Of a stretch of 64,000 bases of DNA, positions 37,671 through 50,201 are shown piece after piece. A program made the translations under genes and the position numbers. The notes under the pieces were generated by a model. That model ran no database searches. It worked only from the letters and a program-made list of their open reading frames with translations, and was not told where the DNA came from. This DNA is from Octopus vulgaris. Taxonomy: Eukaryota. Numbering within the stretch: the first letter of the stretch is position 1; the number at the start of each line of letters is the position of its first letter. The stretch covers positions 68,076,001 to 68,140,000 of the forward strand of contig OX597814.1 in assembly GCA_951406725.2 (NCBI GenBank). Reading direction: 5' to 3'.

Positions 37671-39033
37671 ATGAGCCGCCTCTACCAAACGGATGAGATG
37701 GAAGGGAGAAATTTCTCTGAAAATTCGTCGACATCTGAGGAGGAGTTGGCGGTGAAAAAAATGGAAAGCACCTATGCAGGTATAACGAAGAAGTCAACAG
37801 AAAAAGAGATAGACCTGGCTTAGTTGACGGACTTCCAGGAGTTCATGAAGGAGGAGGAGAACGGAGAGGTTGAGCTGTTGCCTCTAGCAGGGCGCGGAGA
37901 CTGGTTCTATCGTAGAACAATTAAATATAAAGTATTTATGAATGGAGGTAGAAAAATGGAAGTGATTAACATGGAAGCAATTGAAGAGGCTTTCAAACGG
38001 ACAGGAGAAGAAATTGTGTACATGACAAAAGGATTAGAATATGGAACCATAACGGTACAATTTAAAAGTGAGAAAGCAGCCAGGAATATAGCAGCCAAGG
38101 TGGTGAGTACAGAAAAGTTTTACTTGTTCCCCTCGTATTTGAATAGAAGGACCACCAGAATTAGGGTGGAAGGAATACCTCCACACCTAGAGGGCGAATT
38201 AATAACGGCTGCGGTTATCAAAGGAAATGAAGATAAAGTGGACATCCTCCACGCCATTATGAAATATGAAGGCGTGAGAGGTGCCACACTAGTAATGAAC
38301 ATACAGACGGAGGCGGAAGTTATAGAAAAGCTTACGGACAGTATAAAAACTGGAAATATTATTATGAGAGTGTGGGTGGAGGGTAGGGCGCCCAGGTGCT
38401 ACAAGTGTGGCATGAGGGGTCACATAAGAGCCTACTGCCCTCCACCACTAAAGGAAAAAGAAAAGGAAATCGTCGCGGAAGCCCCAAAAGAGGAAGAAAC
38501 CAAAGAGAACCAAAGGGAAAAAGAAACGACAGAAGAAGAGGAGATGCAACAAGAGTGGGAAGAAGGAAGAAAAAAGAAAAAGAAGGAAAAAGAAAAACTG
38601 TGCGAAGCCCCAACCCACCCCAACACCACCCGCACCCTCTGAATCCCACCCTTCCCCTGCAGACAGTGAACCCACCCGCTCCCCTCCAACAAGAAAACAA
38701 AAGAAAAATAACAATACAGACAGACAAGAGTTTGAAAACGAACCCAGGCCGAACATTTATATTGTGACTGAACAGAAAGAGGTTGAAAGGGTAATGGAGG
38801 AGTATGAATGGTATGAAATGGATGGGACCAGATATGCAGTGCTGGAAAAGAAGAATATAGATGAGTTTGTGTTGAGGTGTGAAAGGGAGAATTGGGAGGT
38901 GAAAGATACAAGAATGAGCGATGAATTCGTGGAATATATGGAGGACAGTTTCGGAGTAAGAATGGATATGGATGGTCTTCGTATTGGGAATGAACATTCA
39001 GGTGTCAGTGAAAACAAAAGGACAGGTAAGTGA
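37671..39033 (+). pseudogene. Divergent ORF1-like protein, unit 6 (stop at 37821, frameshifts)
   Basis: YMTKGLEYGTITVQF, RVWVEGRAPRCYKCGMRGHIRAYC, C-terminal ..RCERENWEVKD..RTGK conserved. Confidence 0.8.
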
Positions 39034-40554
39034 TGCTGGCGGAGGGGGCCGTTAGCATCGCTTTCATATTATCATTTTTTCATTTTCATTTGCTCATAAA
39101 TTTAATCATATTGTTCTATGTCCCCCATGTTTTGTTATGTCCGCCATTCTTCGTAGCCCCTGGTGGGTAATAAAGAAATAACATGGAGGAAAGCACATTC
39201 AAAAAGTGTCTTGGTGCGACTGTGAAAGATATCTAACCAGAGGCGGTAAATTCGCCACAATAGAAGCAAGGTTCGAGTCAACGGAGCGTGCAAGGGAGTA
39301 CTCGACTCGAAGTTGCAAAGTGGAAATATTTTATTTTTACCTTTATATTTGGGACGTAGGACGTCCCGGATAAAAATTTTAAATGCCCCCCCCCCATAAG
39401 TAGAGGTAGGCTGGATTGTAGATACAATTGATCGAAATTACAAGAGACGGGCTAACAATTCCAGTCTGTTATATATTTTGAGTATTGTTATCACTAGCGA
39501 TATCAAGATATAACTTTGTATTTTGTATTTTATGTGTAGATGTATATATATAGATGTACATGTAACATGTACACATATATATACACATATATATACACAT
39601 ATATACATGCACTAGCACTATGACCCGGCAACGACGGGTCATAATGCTAGTAATAAATAATAGAGAGGTGGATATATCATGTGGGGTGATGAAAATTGTA
39701 AAATTTGTTATTTAAGAGAGCATGATCTATGTGTGTATCAGATGTTGAGGATAAATGAGAAACAGAGTATGTGAACTAGTGGTGGTTGTACGGTAGAAAC
39801 TAACATGGATTGCAGTCCGAAATATTCATTTAAAACTGTATTGTTCTTCTTGTATAGACAGTACTGTAATACAGTGTACATTTCTTCTTTGTGGGCCATA
39901 AAAACCTGTTAATACTAAAATTGTCTTAAACCCTGAATAGAAGTCTTCCTTATAAATTCCATAATTTGTCACTATGAAAAAGGTCAAACTTTGCAAGGCC
40001 GAACTTAGCAATTACCGAAACTTTGGACGTTTCAGTGAAAGAACCTTATGTGTAATTTGACGTCGATTTGAGTAGTAATCATATTTTGATGTCATTGATA
40101 AAGACAGCATTATTATTTCTTTATTGGAGTTGGTTGTTAAAATTTTGTTCATGGACGTGTGTAGATTACTTATAGATGACATTTGTGTTCTAAAATGTGT
40201 CTACATATGAATGTTAATTTGATTTACTTAAGGATGTAAATGATATAATAGAAATCTGTAGTACAACAAAATGAATTATTCTGGGTTGGAGAGATCGTCG
40301 TCTGTCTGGAAAACTTCCAAGATAACAGATGAGAGATATGTACTGCGCATAAGCCAGCAACTTTTTCTGGTTCTTCCTGCAAAGAATATTACAACCGAAT
40401 AAAGAAAATTTAGACCTCAGAACTCTCTGCATTCAATAAAACAGTGACCCACAGCGTGTTTGCAGTGTCAGTACTCATAACAATATTTGGGCTGCTTGAT
40501 TGGACGCTTGATGAGATCCGAGCCAAACACGAAAAATGCTAACACGCACACATA

Positions 40555-41580
40555 ATGTCCACATAAACAGTGATGTAGACCGCTTCTACCTAAAACGAAA
40601 ACAAGGTGGCAGAGGCTTAACATAGATCCAAATGCCTTTGAATGTCTTATCATATCCCTTCGGCAACATCTTTTAACCACCAAGTGTCGAAGTCCATTCC
40701 TTGACCAAGTTTACATGCATGAGGCTGATCATAAGACTTGGAAGGTACCTCCTTGAGCAACACTCTTTGTCTAACAACCTAGAATACATGCCCAACGAAG
40801 TCGTGCGACTCTACTGCAATTTATCATCAGATGAAAGAATGAGTCTATATGAGCAGAAGACTATGCATGGATATGTTAGTAGAAAGCTCCATAATGATAG
40901 TACCCTCGATCATCAAAGCAGTTTATCATGGACGAATAGCTGAATTACTCCCTCCCACTTTGAAGGGTATGCGTTTGTAATCCAGGAACAGGAAATATCA
41001 ACCAATACCTGATACACAAAAGGGACAGAGATGCAGGAAAAGCAGCAAAATGTTACAACCGATACAGGATTTGTTGAGTTCAAATTGAAGATATCACCCA
41101 TATCATAAGCATTTGTCATCATGGTATTATCTATCGATGAGAAGTGACGTTGTAGCTAGGACTCTCTATAATGAAATTCGCCGGAAGGATAATCCCGAGG
41201 ACAAAGAAATAAGAACCCACAATAGGGTAGAAGCCATAGCCACTCATAATAAAAAGAAATATTGGTAGAATGTCCACATGAAGAAAATGTAAGCATAAGA
41301 GACCTGATATAATAATTTTTGATAGAGAAGAGAGACTGTGCACAGTTGTGGAAATTAGCTGCCCAGTAGATGTTAACATAAAGCTGAAGATCAGTGAAAA
41401 GGAGAACACCTATGCTGAACTAATGAGAAATCTGCAGTTACTCCGTCCAGACTACAAGTTCAGGTTTATACCTATAATAATTGGGGCCCTGGTATATGTA
41501 ACACACTGCCTAAATACCAATCTTGAGGCATTAGGCTACTCAAAACCAGAAAGGAGAAAGCTAATTCGAAGACTACAGAT
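40555..41580 (+). pseudogene. R4/Dong-like non-LTR retrotransposon 3' fragment (restriction-like endonuclease)
   Basis: DVDRFYLKRKQGGRGL, EGYAFVIQEQEI, KCKHKRPDIIIFDREERLCTVVEISCP, KISEKENTYAEL, IPIIIGAL. Confidence 0.8.
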
Positions 41581-42509
41581 CTGCCATCTCCCTGACAAAT
41601 TTATAGAATTCTCTCATTCATTGTAATATCAATAAAATCTACGATTTTCTTGCTCTGATTGCAACAAAGTATATTCGAATATCAATTATTCTATTCCGAG
41701 CTGAACAAAGCATATAATTCCACTTCTAAAAGTAAACTTGTCTTCTATAACATATCAGATTTCTAAATCCTGAGAAATGTGACAGTCAGTCCGTCTTTGC
41801 GACTGATTGTCTTACAGCTTCACAGACGCACAATTCAGACGCTAGTTAGCCCTTGCGTTTTGCTACCCAACATAAAACTTTATGCAAACTTCCGTTAAAC
41901 CAGAAGCATTTTACATACAATGCCACTCGACTTGCAGGTTATCATTTACAGATTATTTACATATATAGAATAGGGTGGGTATATATTCATGTTGCGACAA
42001 AGTAAAAGAGCTAGAGACTTCAGATGTAGCGAAAATATTCTCAGTGCAAGCTATCATTAGTGAAAATTACACACATAGTGCAAAGATTTCATTAGATTCT
42101 CTTCTTCCTCTGACTAATATCACCCACCAAAGTACCTATAGCCCGTTGAACACGAAAGTAAGACTCCGGATTTCACACTTACTATTTTGAACAGTATATA
42201 CATGCTGTTATTTTATTATCGATAGAGAAATAAAATAAACGCGTAAATTTCAAACTTCTTTCCCACTCATGTTCATACAAGCTTTAATGAAAGAGTACTT
42301 AACTCATAATATCAGGATTAATTAAGTACAACATTTCTAAAGTGACATTTCCAGATCTCCATTAATATTGATGTTTTAATTTTAGTATCCTGTTTGCATT
42401 GCATATTATTACACATGAATTTTCTTAATATAGCAAAAATATTTTTGCTATGAAAAAATCAGTAGTCAGACATACGTACAAAATAGAAGATCCATCTAGA
42501 AGAAAAATA

Positions 42510-42730
42510 ATAATCCTTTCTACTAAAGGCACAAGACCTGAAATTTGGGGGAGGGGAATAGTCGATTACATCGACGCCAGTGTTTCACTGGTACTTAATT
42601 TATCGACCCCAAAAGGATGAAAGGTAAAGTCGGCTTCGGCGGAATTTGAACTCAGAACGTAACGACTGGCAAAATACCGCTAAGCATTTAGTCCAGTGCG
42701 CTAACGTTTTTGCCAGCTCACCGCCTTAGT
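42510..42730 (-). mobile_element. tRNA-SINE family B
   Basis: Reverse complement: taaggcggtgagctggcaaaaacgttagc...gttctgagttcaaattccgccgaag... Confidence 0.85.
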
Positions 42731-43189
42731 AGTAGTAGTAGTAGTAGCAGTAGTAGCAGTGGCGGCGGCGGCGGCTGTGACTACACATAAAACAATGTCA
42801 GTGATGGTGGTGAAGGTGATAACAATAACTGACAGATCCCTTTTTTTTTTCTTTTCTTTCTCCGTATTTTATTCTCATTATTTTGAACTAATACAGGCAG
42901 AGTGAGCCTTTTATAGGTTTAAAAGAGAAAGGGGAAGAAGGAGATAGAGAGAAAGAGAGAGGAAAAAAAGAGAAGGGGGAAAATAAAATGTTCGGTGATA
43001 AAACTATCAACAAAAAATATACAGACGAATACAGATCTACTAGCCTTAAGAAGCTGCGCTACGAGCAATGCTTACGTGTAGAGAACCCTAAACTGACAGA
43101 TCCATCTCCTAATATAAGAATGGAAGCTCGTCATGCTTCAATGTCAACAAATCAAACAATAAACCGCATTGGTCGTCGCGCGCATTACA

Positions 43190-44273
43190 AAATAATAATA
43201 ATAATAATAATAGACCACGTACCCGAAAATTGAACCAAATTCTGATTGAAAAATCAGCTACTGGATCAAATCTTCCCAACACACAGGAGCTGGACGTACC
43301 CCACAACCGGAATATTCCAACGATGGCCATCCATGCTCGTCACCAAATAATCAAACGAAAAAGAAGGAAAAATGGTCTAGGGAAGATAATAATGAAGTTC
43401 TTGAGGCCTTCTACCATGCCATATATTTCCCCACAGGTAAATCTAACACTGTACAAACATACTTAAACTGGAGACAGAAACACCCTGAAGTAAGACCCTA
43501 CATAGACAGTAACAAACTTGCCAACGTCAGAAGAAACATTATAAAAAAAAATTACTGACTGAAGTAGAGATTGATCAAGTTAGACAAGCAATATCGGATA
43601 AAATGAACGAAGCTGCAGCTAGAGAAGATAATACAGAGGAAATAATTATAGACCAGCCCAGGGCTGATAAAAGCGAAGTAAGGATTGAAAGAGCTAGTAT
43701 AAGTGATAGGCAAAGTGAAATACTCCCTGAACCAATCATAAACACTAAGACAGATGAACATCAAATAGATAAGGAAAGTCACACAAATATTGACCCAAGA
43801 GAACTACATGAGCTAAAAAATTAAATCATGATTGAATGGCTGAAAATTAAAGAAACCAGCATGGATGAACGTGATACACTCCCAAAAATCTGCAACTCTA
43901 ACCAAATCAGGAAAATAATTGGTAAAATCCGGCTTGCACTTAAGGATATAATTTCAGCTAATGATGTTGATATCACACATCTCAACCGCATCCGCGAAAA
44001 TCTCAACGATCCTATGTGGTGTAAAGATTAGAAAACGGCAACATTCCCACAAAAAGCCTTCTTGGCAAGAGCGTCTGCAACAACAAATTAAACTATTTGG
44101 ATCTGACATTGAATATTTGAAAAACCTTAAGGTTCACAAGACTACCAAACATACAAAAACTCAAAAATTGCTGAAAAAATACAATATGAAAACTATACTT
44201 GATATTGATGCCACCATAGAAACCATCAAACAAAAGGTATCTGCCAGGGCTGCCCGCATAGCGAGGTATGAAA
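43190..44273 (+). pseudogene. R4/Dong-like element 5' fragment next to (ATA)n
   Basis: KWSREDNNEVLEAFY, WRQKHPEVRPYIDSNKLANVRRNI, KPSWQERLQQQI, IKQKVSARAARIARYEK. Confidence 0.7.
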
Positions 44274-44697
44274 AGACGTCACTAGAAAAACTCTTATATA
44301 TTTGCAAAGCAGCCTTGTCTTTCATCGCGACCTGGTGGTTAGCGCCCGTTGATAAGGGACAATAATCCCGAAACTAGTCCGAGCGTATCACTCAGGCTTG
44401 CGAGAAAGGGATGGCCTCCCTTTGCAAATACTTCAAGGGCACTAAAATGGTGTCTAAAGCCAGCTGGAGACGACGATCTCCTGGGGCTATAGAGCTACAG
44501 TAACACCCCCTCCCCTATGTGGTTAGCCATATTAAGATGGCTTCTATACTTTACATTATCGAGCGATTACTATTTACATCTCATTCTGAGATTTAATAAT
44601 GCTTACAGTCAGTTTTTCGAAATCAGTGGCAGACGTCACTAGAAAAACTCTTATATATTTGCAAAGCAGCCTTGTCTTTCATCGCGACTTGGTGGTT
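44274..44697 (+). repeat. 357-bp tandem unit with hammerhead (second unit split by Tx1, resumes 49974-50205)
   Basis: agacgtcactagaaaaactc at 44274 and 44631; continuation after the Tx1 insertion. Confidence 0.85.
44343..44385 (+). ncRNA. Minimal type I hammerhead (U3/A8 variant); identical copy at 49993-50035
   Basis: CGCCCG-TTGATAA-GGGA caataa TCCC-GAAA-CTAG-TC-CGAGCG. GUC triplet, ACTAGT palindrome. Confidence 0.75.
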
Positions 44698-44909
44698 TGT
44701 CACTCGTCTAGGGACCCCTCTTTCATCTGCGTATTGAGAAGTTAGCTGCCTATTTTGTCCGTCGTTAATTTGTGTTTGCTCGTGAATTTGAACAGTTGTC
44801 CGTTGTGTGACAGTAATTTTCGCCCTACGGGGCTGAAAATTCTGTGTATAAACATTGTTATTACCTTCGGGGTAATTTTTTTGAAAAATTGGTTCTCATA
44901 ATTTGAGAA

Positions 44910-46319
44910 ATGGAGTACGACTTGGCGTCGAGGAGCGACTTTCCCGTGATGGGAAAAGGCGAACAGAAGGATATCGAGGTTAGAAAACAGTCTTTTTCGG
45001 CCGCAGTGGGCGGAACCGTAACGGAAGTGGAATTCAAAATAGAACAGTTGTTCGAATACCGGAACTTGGTCAAAAAGGAAGGCAACGAAATAAAACTGGT
45101 ACCGCCGCAAGCGATATTACAGGAAATAAAGGCCAAGACAGTCGTGTACAAGGTTTACAGTAACAAAGAGAAAAAAATAATGGACGTGAAGAACGAAATA
45201 GTAGAGAAGTGCTTGTCCCCGGTGCGGAGCAAAATTCGCTACGTCGGTCGAGGTGCTCGCAGCGCTACCGTTGAAGCACATTTCGACTCGGCTGATGTGG
45301 CAAGAGAGATTTCATCAATGACCTTAAAAAATGAGGACATTATATTACTACCTACCTATATGGGCAAAAGAAATGCGAAACTATATGTGGAAGACATACC
45401 AAGAGGATATGATATAATGTGGGTAGCAGCGGTGGTTCTGCACGACGTAGAGCAGAAAGTTTCAATTCTGCAGATGAAAAGGAAAGAGGAGGTAAACTGG
45501 AAGGGACAAGCGCTCGAACTCCTCGTTCAAGCAGAAAATAATGTGCTAGAAAACTTACCCGATAGGGTATTTATTGAGGAGGGAATTTCAATGAGAGTTT
45601 CAGTGGAGGGGCGCAGACCTAGGTGTTTCAAATGTGGTGAAAAGGGTCACGTCCGCTCGAACTGCATAAAAAAAAGTGCTTCAAACACAGAAAAAGAAAA
45701 GGCGGAAAAAGACCCCAAGACTGCGACAAGGAAGGGAATCGAAACGGAAGATAGAAATGAACAAATGAAATTTACACAGGTGACACACAAAAGAAAAAAA
45801 GAAAATACCCTGGACTCTCCTCCCCAAACAAAGAAAAAATCAGCAAACACCGCAGAGATACATACAAAACAAATTCCCCAGCCCTACCCCCACGGCACTG
45901 TATTCATTGGAACACAGTTCGCCAAGCCCCACCCCATAAAACAAGATTGGAAAAAATTGATAAAAAAAAATGAAAAGATTGTAGCATTCGACGAGAGGAA
46001 CGATAGAGTGTTTAAGTATTTTAAATTTTCAAAACTGAAATTATTCAGTAAGTCTGCAGACACTAAGTCAACCACTCGTTTTGCAAAAATAAAGGAAGAC
46101 GAGTGGAAGGAAAAAACACTCCAAGAACATTTTAAAAATAACATTATCAGAGACGTAACTAACGAAATACTGGAGGGCAAACTTACTATAACCCCGGCAA
46201 CCACACCTATCCAGAGCCCGATGGCAACGCCGGTTAAGAGCCCTGCAGCTACGACCACAAGGGAGGAAGAAGGGGAAGCATGCAGATTTAAACTGTCATG
46301 CTCCCTGTCCCAACCGTAA
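44910..46319 (+). CDS. Tx1 ORF1 (RRM-like + CCHC knuckle), 469 aa intact
   Basis: VEGRRPRCFKCGEKGHVRSNC; lies directly upstream of the APE-RT ORF. Confidence 0.85.
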   Translation: MEYDLASRSDFPVMGKGEQKDIEVRKQSFSAAVGGTVTEVEFKIEQLFEYRNLVKKEGNEIKLVPPQAILQEIKAKTVVYKVYSNKEKKIMDVKNEIVEKCLSPVRSKIRYVGRGARSATVEAHFDSADVAREISSMTLKNEDIILLPTYMGKRNAKLYVEDIPRGYDIMWVAAVVLHDVEQKVSILQMKRKEEVNWKGQALELLVQAENNVLENLPDRVFIEEGISMRVSVEGRRPRCFKCGEKGHVRSNCIKKSASNTEKEKAEKDPKTATRKGIETEDRNEQMKFTQVTHKRKKENTLDSPPQTKKKSANTAEIHTKQIPQPYPHGTVFIGTQFAKPHPIKQDWKKLIKKNEKIVAFDERNDRVFKYFKFSKLKLFSKSADTKSTTRFAKIKEDEWKEKTLQEHFKNNIIRDVTNEILEGKLTITPATTPIQSPMATPVKSPAATTTREEEGEACRFKLSCSLSQP

Positions 46320-46346
46320 GTTTTTTTTTTTTTCCTCTCTCCGACA

Positions 46347-49300
46347 ATGGCAAAGCTGGGTTGTGTGAATGTGCGTGGAATGGGGTCGAAATGGAAACAA
46401 ATTTGTCTCCAGAACGACCTCACGACACACGGAGTGGACGTAGCTATTGTAACCGAGTCCAAGATGAACGGGGCCCAAGCGTTCTCGCCTCTTCTAAATG
46501 GTTTCGAGAAATTTATTTCTCCTAGCCGAGGAGGAGTCCTTATCAGGAAGAGCTTGGACTTGCAGGTAAGTACTGTCTTTCTGGACCCAGAAGGCAGGCT
46601 GGTCGTTCTGGATGTGACCCACGTAAGTAAACAGTCCTTCAGGTTGGTAGCTGTCTACGCTCCGAATGAGTGTAGGCAGTCGGGTTTTTTTCGGAATCTG
46701 GAGCTCTTTTTAGTGACGTCGAAAACGGTAGTCTTAGTAGGGGACTTTAACACTGTCCTCGAAGCGCGGGTCGACGGTGTTGGCTCAACCAATAGGAAGG
46801 GGAACACTAGCCTCAAGGGTCTACTAGAGAGCTTTAATCTAGTAGACCGTTATCGACTGGATGAGCCGAACGTTCCACAGTGGCCGTGGAGTAACAACGA
46901 CGGCTCACGCAGATCGTATATAGATAGGATATTCGTTAGGAAAAGAGATAAGGATACGTTTAGTTGTCCACAGTTCCACATTGTGCCTTACACGGATCAC
47001 AAATTTGTGACTTGTAGGGTGCAATTAGATATGTGCCATAGACAGGGACCCGGTACTGGAAAATGAACAAGTCTATTTTGAATTGTGAAGACTTCCGTAC
47101 CCGGATTAAGGTGTTAGTACAGAGGGCATTATGTGGCACCATCATTAACAACAGATGGTGGCACTCCCTCAAAAGAGCCATTCGTTCAGAGTCCATTAGA
47201 TTTAGCAAACAGCTAAGGTTAGATAGGTCTAGGATAGAGGACGATTTAGTTAAGAATCTAAACGAGGCAATGGAATCTGGTTCTGCATCCGGAGTGATGG
47301 CGGCAAGGACGGTATTGTACCGTCACCTTAACTCTAAACACGAAGGTTGCAGAGTTAGAGCTAAGCTACGCGCAGGGAAACGAGAAGGTATTAACGTTGC
47401 CGGATGGGCCCGTCGAGTGGAGAGTCAGAGAGGTAACAAAGCTTCAATCAAGTCTTTAACTGACGAACAGGGACACAAGATCTATGGACAGGAGGAGATG
47501 CAAAAGTTTCTTCACCAGCATTTCGCCCGCTCGTTCGGGAGATGGTGGTTCGCTGGAGCGGGGGAGGGCCTTAAAGGACTTCCTAGCCGGCGGACCGCGG
47601 CTCTCGGGGCGTGAGGTGGAGTGCTGTGAAGGAGCGATCACTCCCGCGGAGATAGAGGGGGTACTGGCCGGATGCGCCGGGGAGAAGTCGCCGGGGGTGG
47701 ATGCTCTGCCCTACGAGTTTTATCAAAGTATGCCGGACTTGTTCGGGGGAATACTGGCAGGCGTCTACGCGAACTGGCAGTAGAACGGGAGAATTCCCAG
47801 TTCTGTAAGCCGGGGAGTGGTGACGCTAATCCAGAAAGACCCGAGCAAGGAGGATAACATTAGTAGTTACAGGCCCATAACTCTACTTAATGTAGAGTTA
47901 AAGATTTTGGCCAAGGTGTTGGCAAAAAGGTTGACGACTGTCGTAGAGAAACTTGTAGGGAAAGCACAGACATGTGCAATTCCAGGCAGGTCGATCCAGG
48001 ACAATCTTCACCTTATACGCTACACCTTAGATAGGGTGGGTAAATTAACCGGCAAGGGCGGGGTAATGGTCCATTTAGACCAAAGTAAAGCGTTCGATAG
48101 GGTAGACCATAAGTACCTGGCGACGGTCCTCGAAGCGGCTGGACTGGGCCCTGAATTTCGCGGGTGGATCTCCGCTATGTATAGCGGCATCAAGTCCACC
48201 GTTCAGATAAACGGTCACCTAACGGAACCGTTTTCGATCGAATGTTCAGTTCGTCAAGGGTGCCCCTTGTCACCACTTTTGTACGTGTTGGCTCTCGAGC
48301 CACTGCTGCAAAAGTTGGAGAGGCTGAGAAGTAACCCGGGTGAGATCGGAGGCGGGAGGACGGTTTCTGCTTATGCGGATGACGTCACCCTCATCGTGTC
48401 CAATGAGGCTCAGCTACCTTGTGTAGAAGATGCTATCAGAGGATAAGAGGCGGTGGCAGGAGCAAAAGTTAACAAGGACAAGTCGATTGGCTTACGCCTC
48501 GGCACCTGGAGGAGCAAGTCGATATCGTCCAGTGCCGTGGGACACTGGACAGATGGTCCTGTTAAGTTGCTAGGAGTTTGGTTTGGGCCAGACTCCCAAA
48601 CGGAGAGGAATTGGAGTGAGGTGACGGACAAGGTGGAGGCCATAGTACGGACCTGGTCTGGAAGGTTTCTGTCCTTGAAAGGAAGGGCGGAGGTGGTACA
48701 GCTGTTCATTGCATCTGTAATCACTTACCGCCTGACCGTTGTCCCTTGCCCCGATTCATGGCATAGCAAGTTGGAGCGAATCCTTTTCCGCTTTTTTGTG
48801 GAAAGGAGGAAAGCCACTTGTGAGGCGCTCCGTTTGCTGCCAGGAACCGTTAAAGGGTGGGTTAGGAATGCCTTGGTTGATGATGTGCAGACATGCGTTG
48901 AGGCTGAAGCATCTCTGGCACCACCTGGAGGGTGATACGGTGTGGAGTCCGCTGGCAGGGGAATTTTTCCCGAGATCGGCTTCCTTAGTGAATTTTAAAC
49001 CCGGTTGCATCAAAAGACGGAATCTGACATTATGGCAAAAGGAGTGCCGACAGGCACTCACGCTGATCCACAAGGCGAGTAAGGCCGGCTGCGGAAATAC
49101 CACCTCGGTATTTTATAGCAGGTTGGTAGAGGCAAAGAACGATGACGTCCTAGGAGGGGCTCTGGGGTTCGACGAAGACCAGCTTACCAACCTGTTTAAA
49201 AAGACTTTCAGGACGGGGTATTTGGATAATTTCCAAAGATCCCTGGCCTGGCAGCGTTATAGGAATGCTTTACCTGTTCGCGAGAAGTTATCGTGGCACG

Positions 49301-49722
49301 GAATTTCAGTGCATCCGACATGTCCAAGATGCGGGTTGGACGATGAAACCGTCCAGCACGCTTTTGTACACTGTCGGCAGTTGTCAGACTTGATAAGTTA
49401 CGCAGAACACGTGTTATCGCATCTTGGACGAGTACAGCTGTCGGCTGAGTCTATGATTAAGATGATATCACCAACTGGACTCTCGAAGGAAGGTGAGGCA
49501 TGTTTTCACTGCACGGTTGCAGTAGTAAAATGATGTATGTGGCGGACAAGAATGGAAGGAGTCGCAATAGGATCCTTTGTCTCAGGCCTCGGCTTGCTCA
49601 CTTACTTCAGATATCATCTGAAGAGCAAAATGGGGCTGGAAAAGAAGACCTTACCACGAGGTGTGTATGAAAAAAGATGGAAGGAAGTGGCGAAAAAGGT
49701 GGGTGTCAGAAACTCAGTTTAA
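46347..49722 (+). pseudogene. Tx1 ORF2 (APE endonuclease-RT-zinc finger), multiple stops/frameshifts
   Basis: GCVNVRG, VAVYAPN, GDFN, SYIDRIFV, TDH; YRPITLLNVELKILAKVL, HLDQSKAFDRVDH, VRQGCPLSP, AYADD; CPRCGLDDETVQHAFVHC. Confidence 0.9.
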
Positions 49723-50201
49723 CTATGGATGGAGAAGAGGAAAGGAAAGCTGCAGGGCCTTATAGGTTGCCGGGGTTTAAAATATATCGGTAAGATTTCA
49801 ATCTAATGTAATGTTATATTAGTCAATGCAAAGGACAATTTAAATACAGTTTTTTGTATAATGAATAATCCATATATTTTGGAAATTTTTAAACGAACCA
49901 CTTAACTGTTTTTTGTATGTATTTTCTGTATTGTTCTTCTATGTACTGATTTTATAATCGTAATAAAGAATTAATCGCGACCTGGTGGTTAGCGCCCGTT
50001 GATAAGGGACAATAATCCCGAAACTAGTCCGAGCGTATCACTCAGGCTTGCGAGAAAGGGATGGCCTCCCTTTGCAAATACTTCAAGGGCACTGAAATGG
50101 TGCCTAAAGCCAGCTGGAGACGACGATCTCCTGGGGCTATAGAGCTACAGCAACACCCCTCCCCTATGTGGTTAGCCATATTAAGATGGCTTCTATACTT
50201 T

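Larger units (their letters stand above)
28884..39180 (+). mobile_element. Head-to-tail array of six ~1.7-kb ORF1-only (RT-less) Tx1-related retroelements
   Basis: Units 28884-30584, 30585-32340, 32341-34094, 34095-35827, 35828-37506, 37507-39180. Each has a CG-rich 5'UTR, a gag-like ORF, and a T-rich 3'UTR ending gtagcccct(ta/g)gtgggtAATAAAgaaata. Confidence 0.9.
28344..39650 (+). mobile_element. Putative non-autonomous Helitron enclosing the ORF1-only array
   Basis: 5' A|TCTCTCTATATATAAAA..(TGTC)n..aaaacttgagaactgcacaaccaattt..; 3' hairpin tatgacccg-gcaacga-cgggtcata followed by tgCTAG|T. No TSD. Confidence 0.55.
44698..49973 (+). mobile_element. Full-length Tx1/L1-clade LINE with 17-bp TSD
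   Basis: TSD atcgcgac(t/c)tggtggtt at 44681-44697 and 49974-49990. ORF1 + ORF2; ends gtAATAAAgaatta. Confidence 0.9.

Noticed and set aside
29129-38997. Repeated minus-strand ORFs (75-277 aa) across the array
   Set aside because: Antisense shadows of purine-rich coding sequence.
28884-39180. CRISPR array, LTR retrotransposon or host tandem gene family as explanations for the array
   Set aside because: Units are 1.7-kb coding repeats without spacers, LTRs, PBS/PPT or pol, and are intronless with clear Tx1 ORF1 homology. Domestication cannot be excluded.
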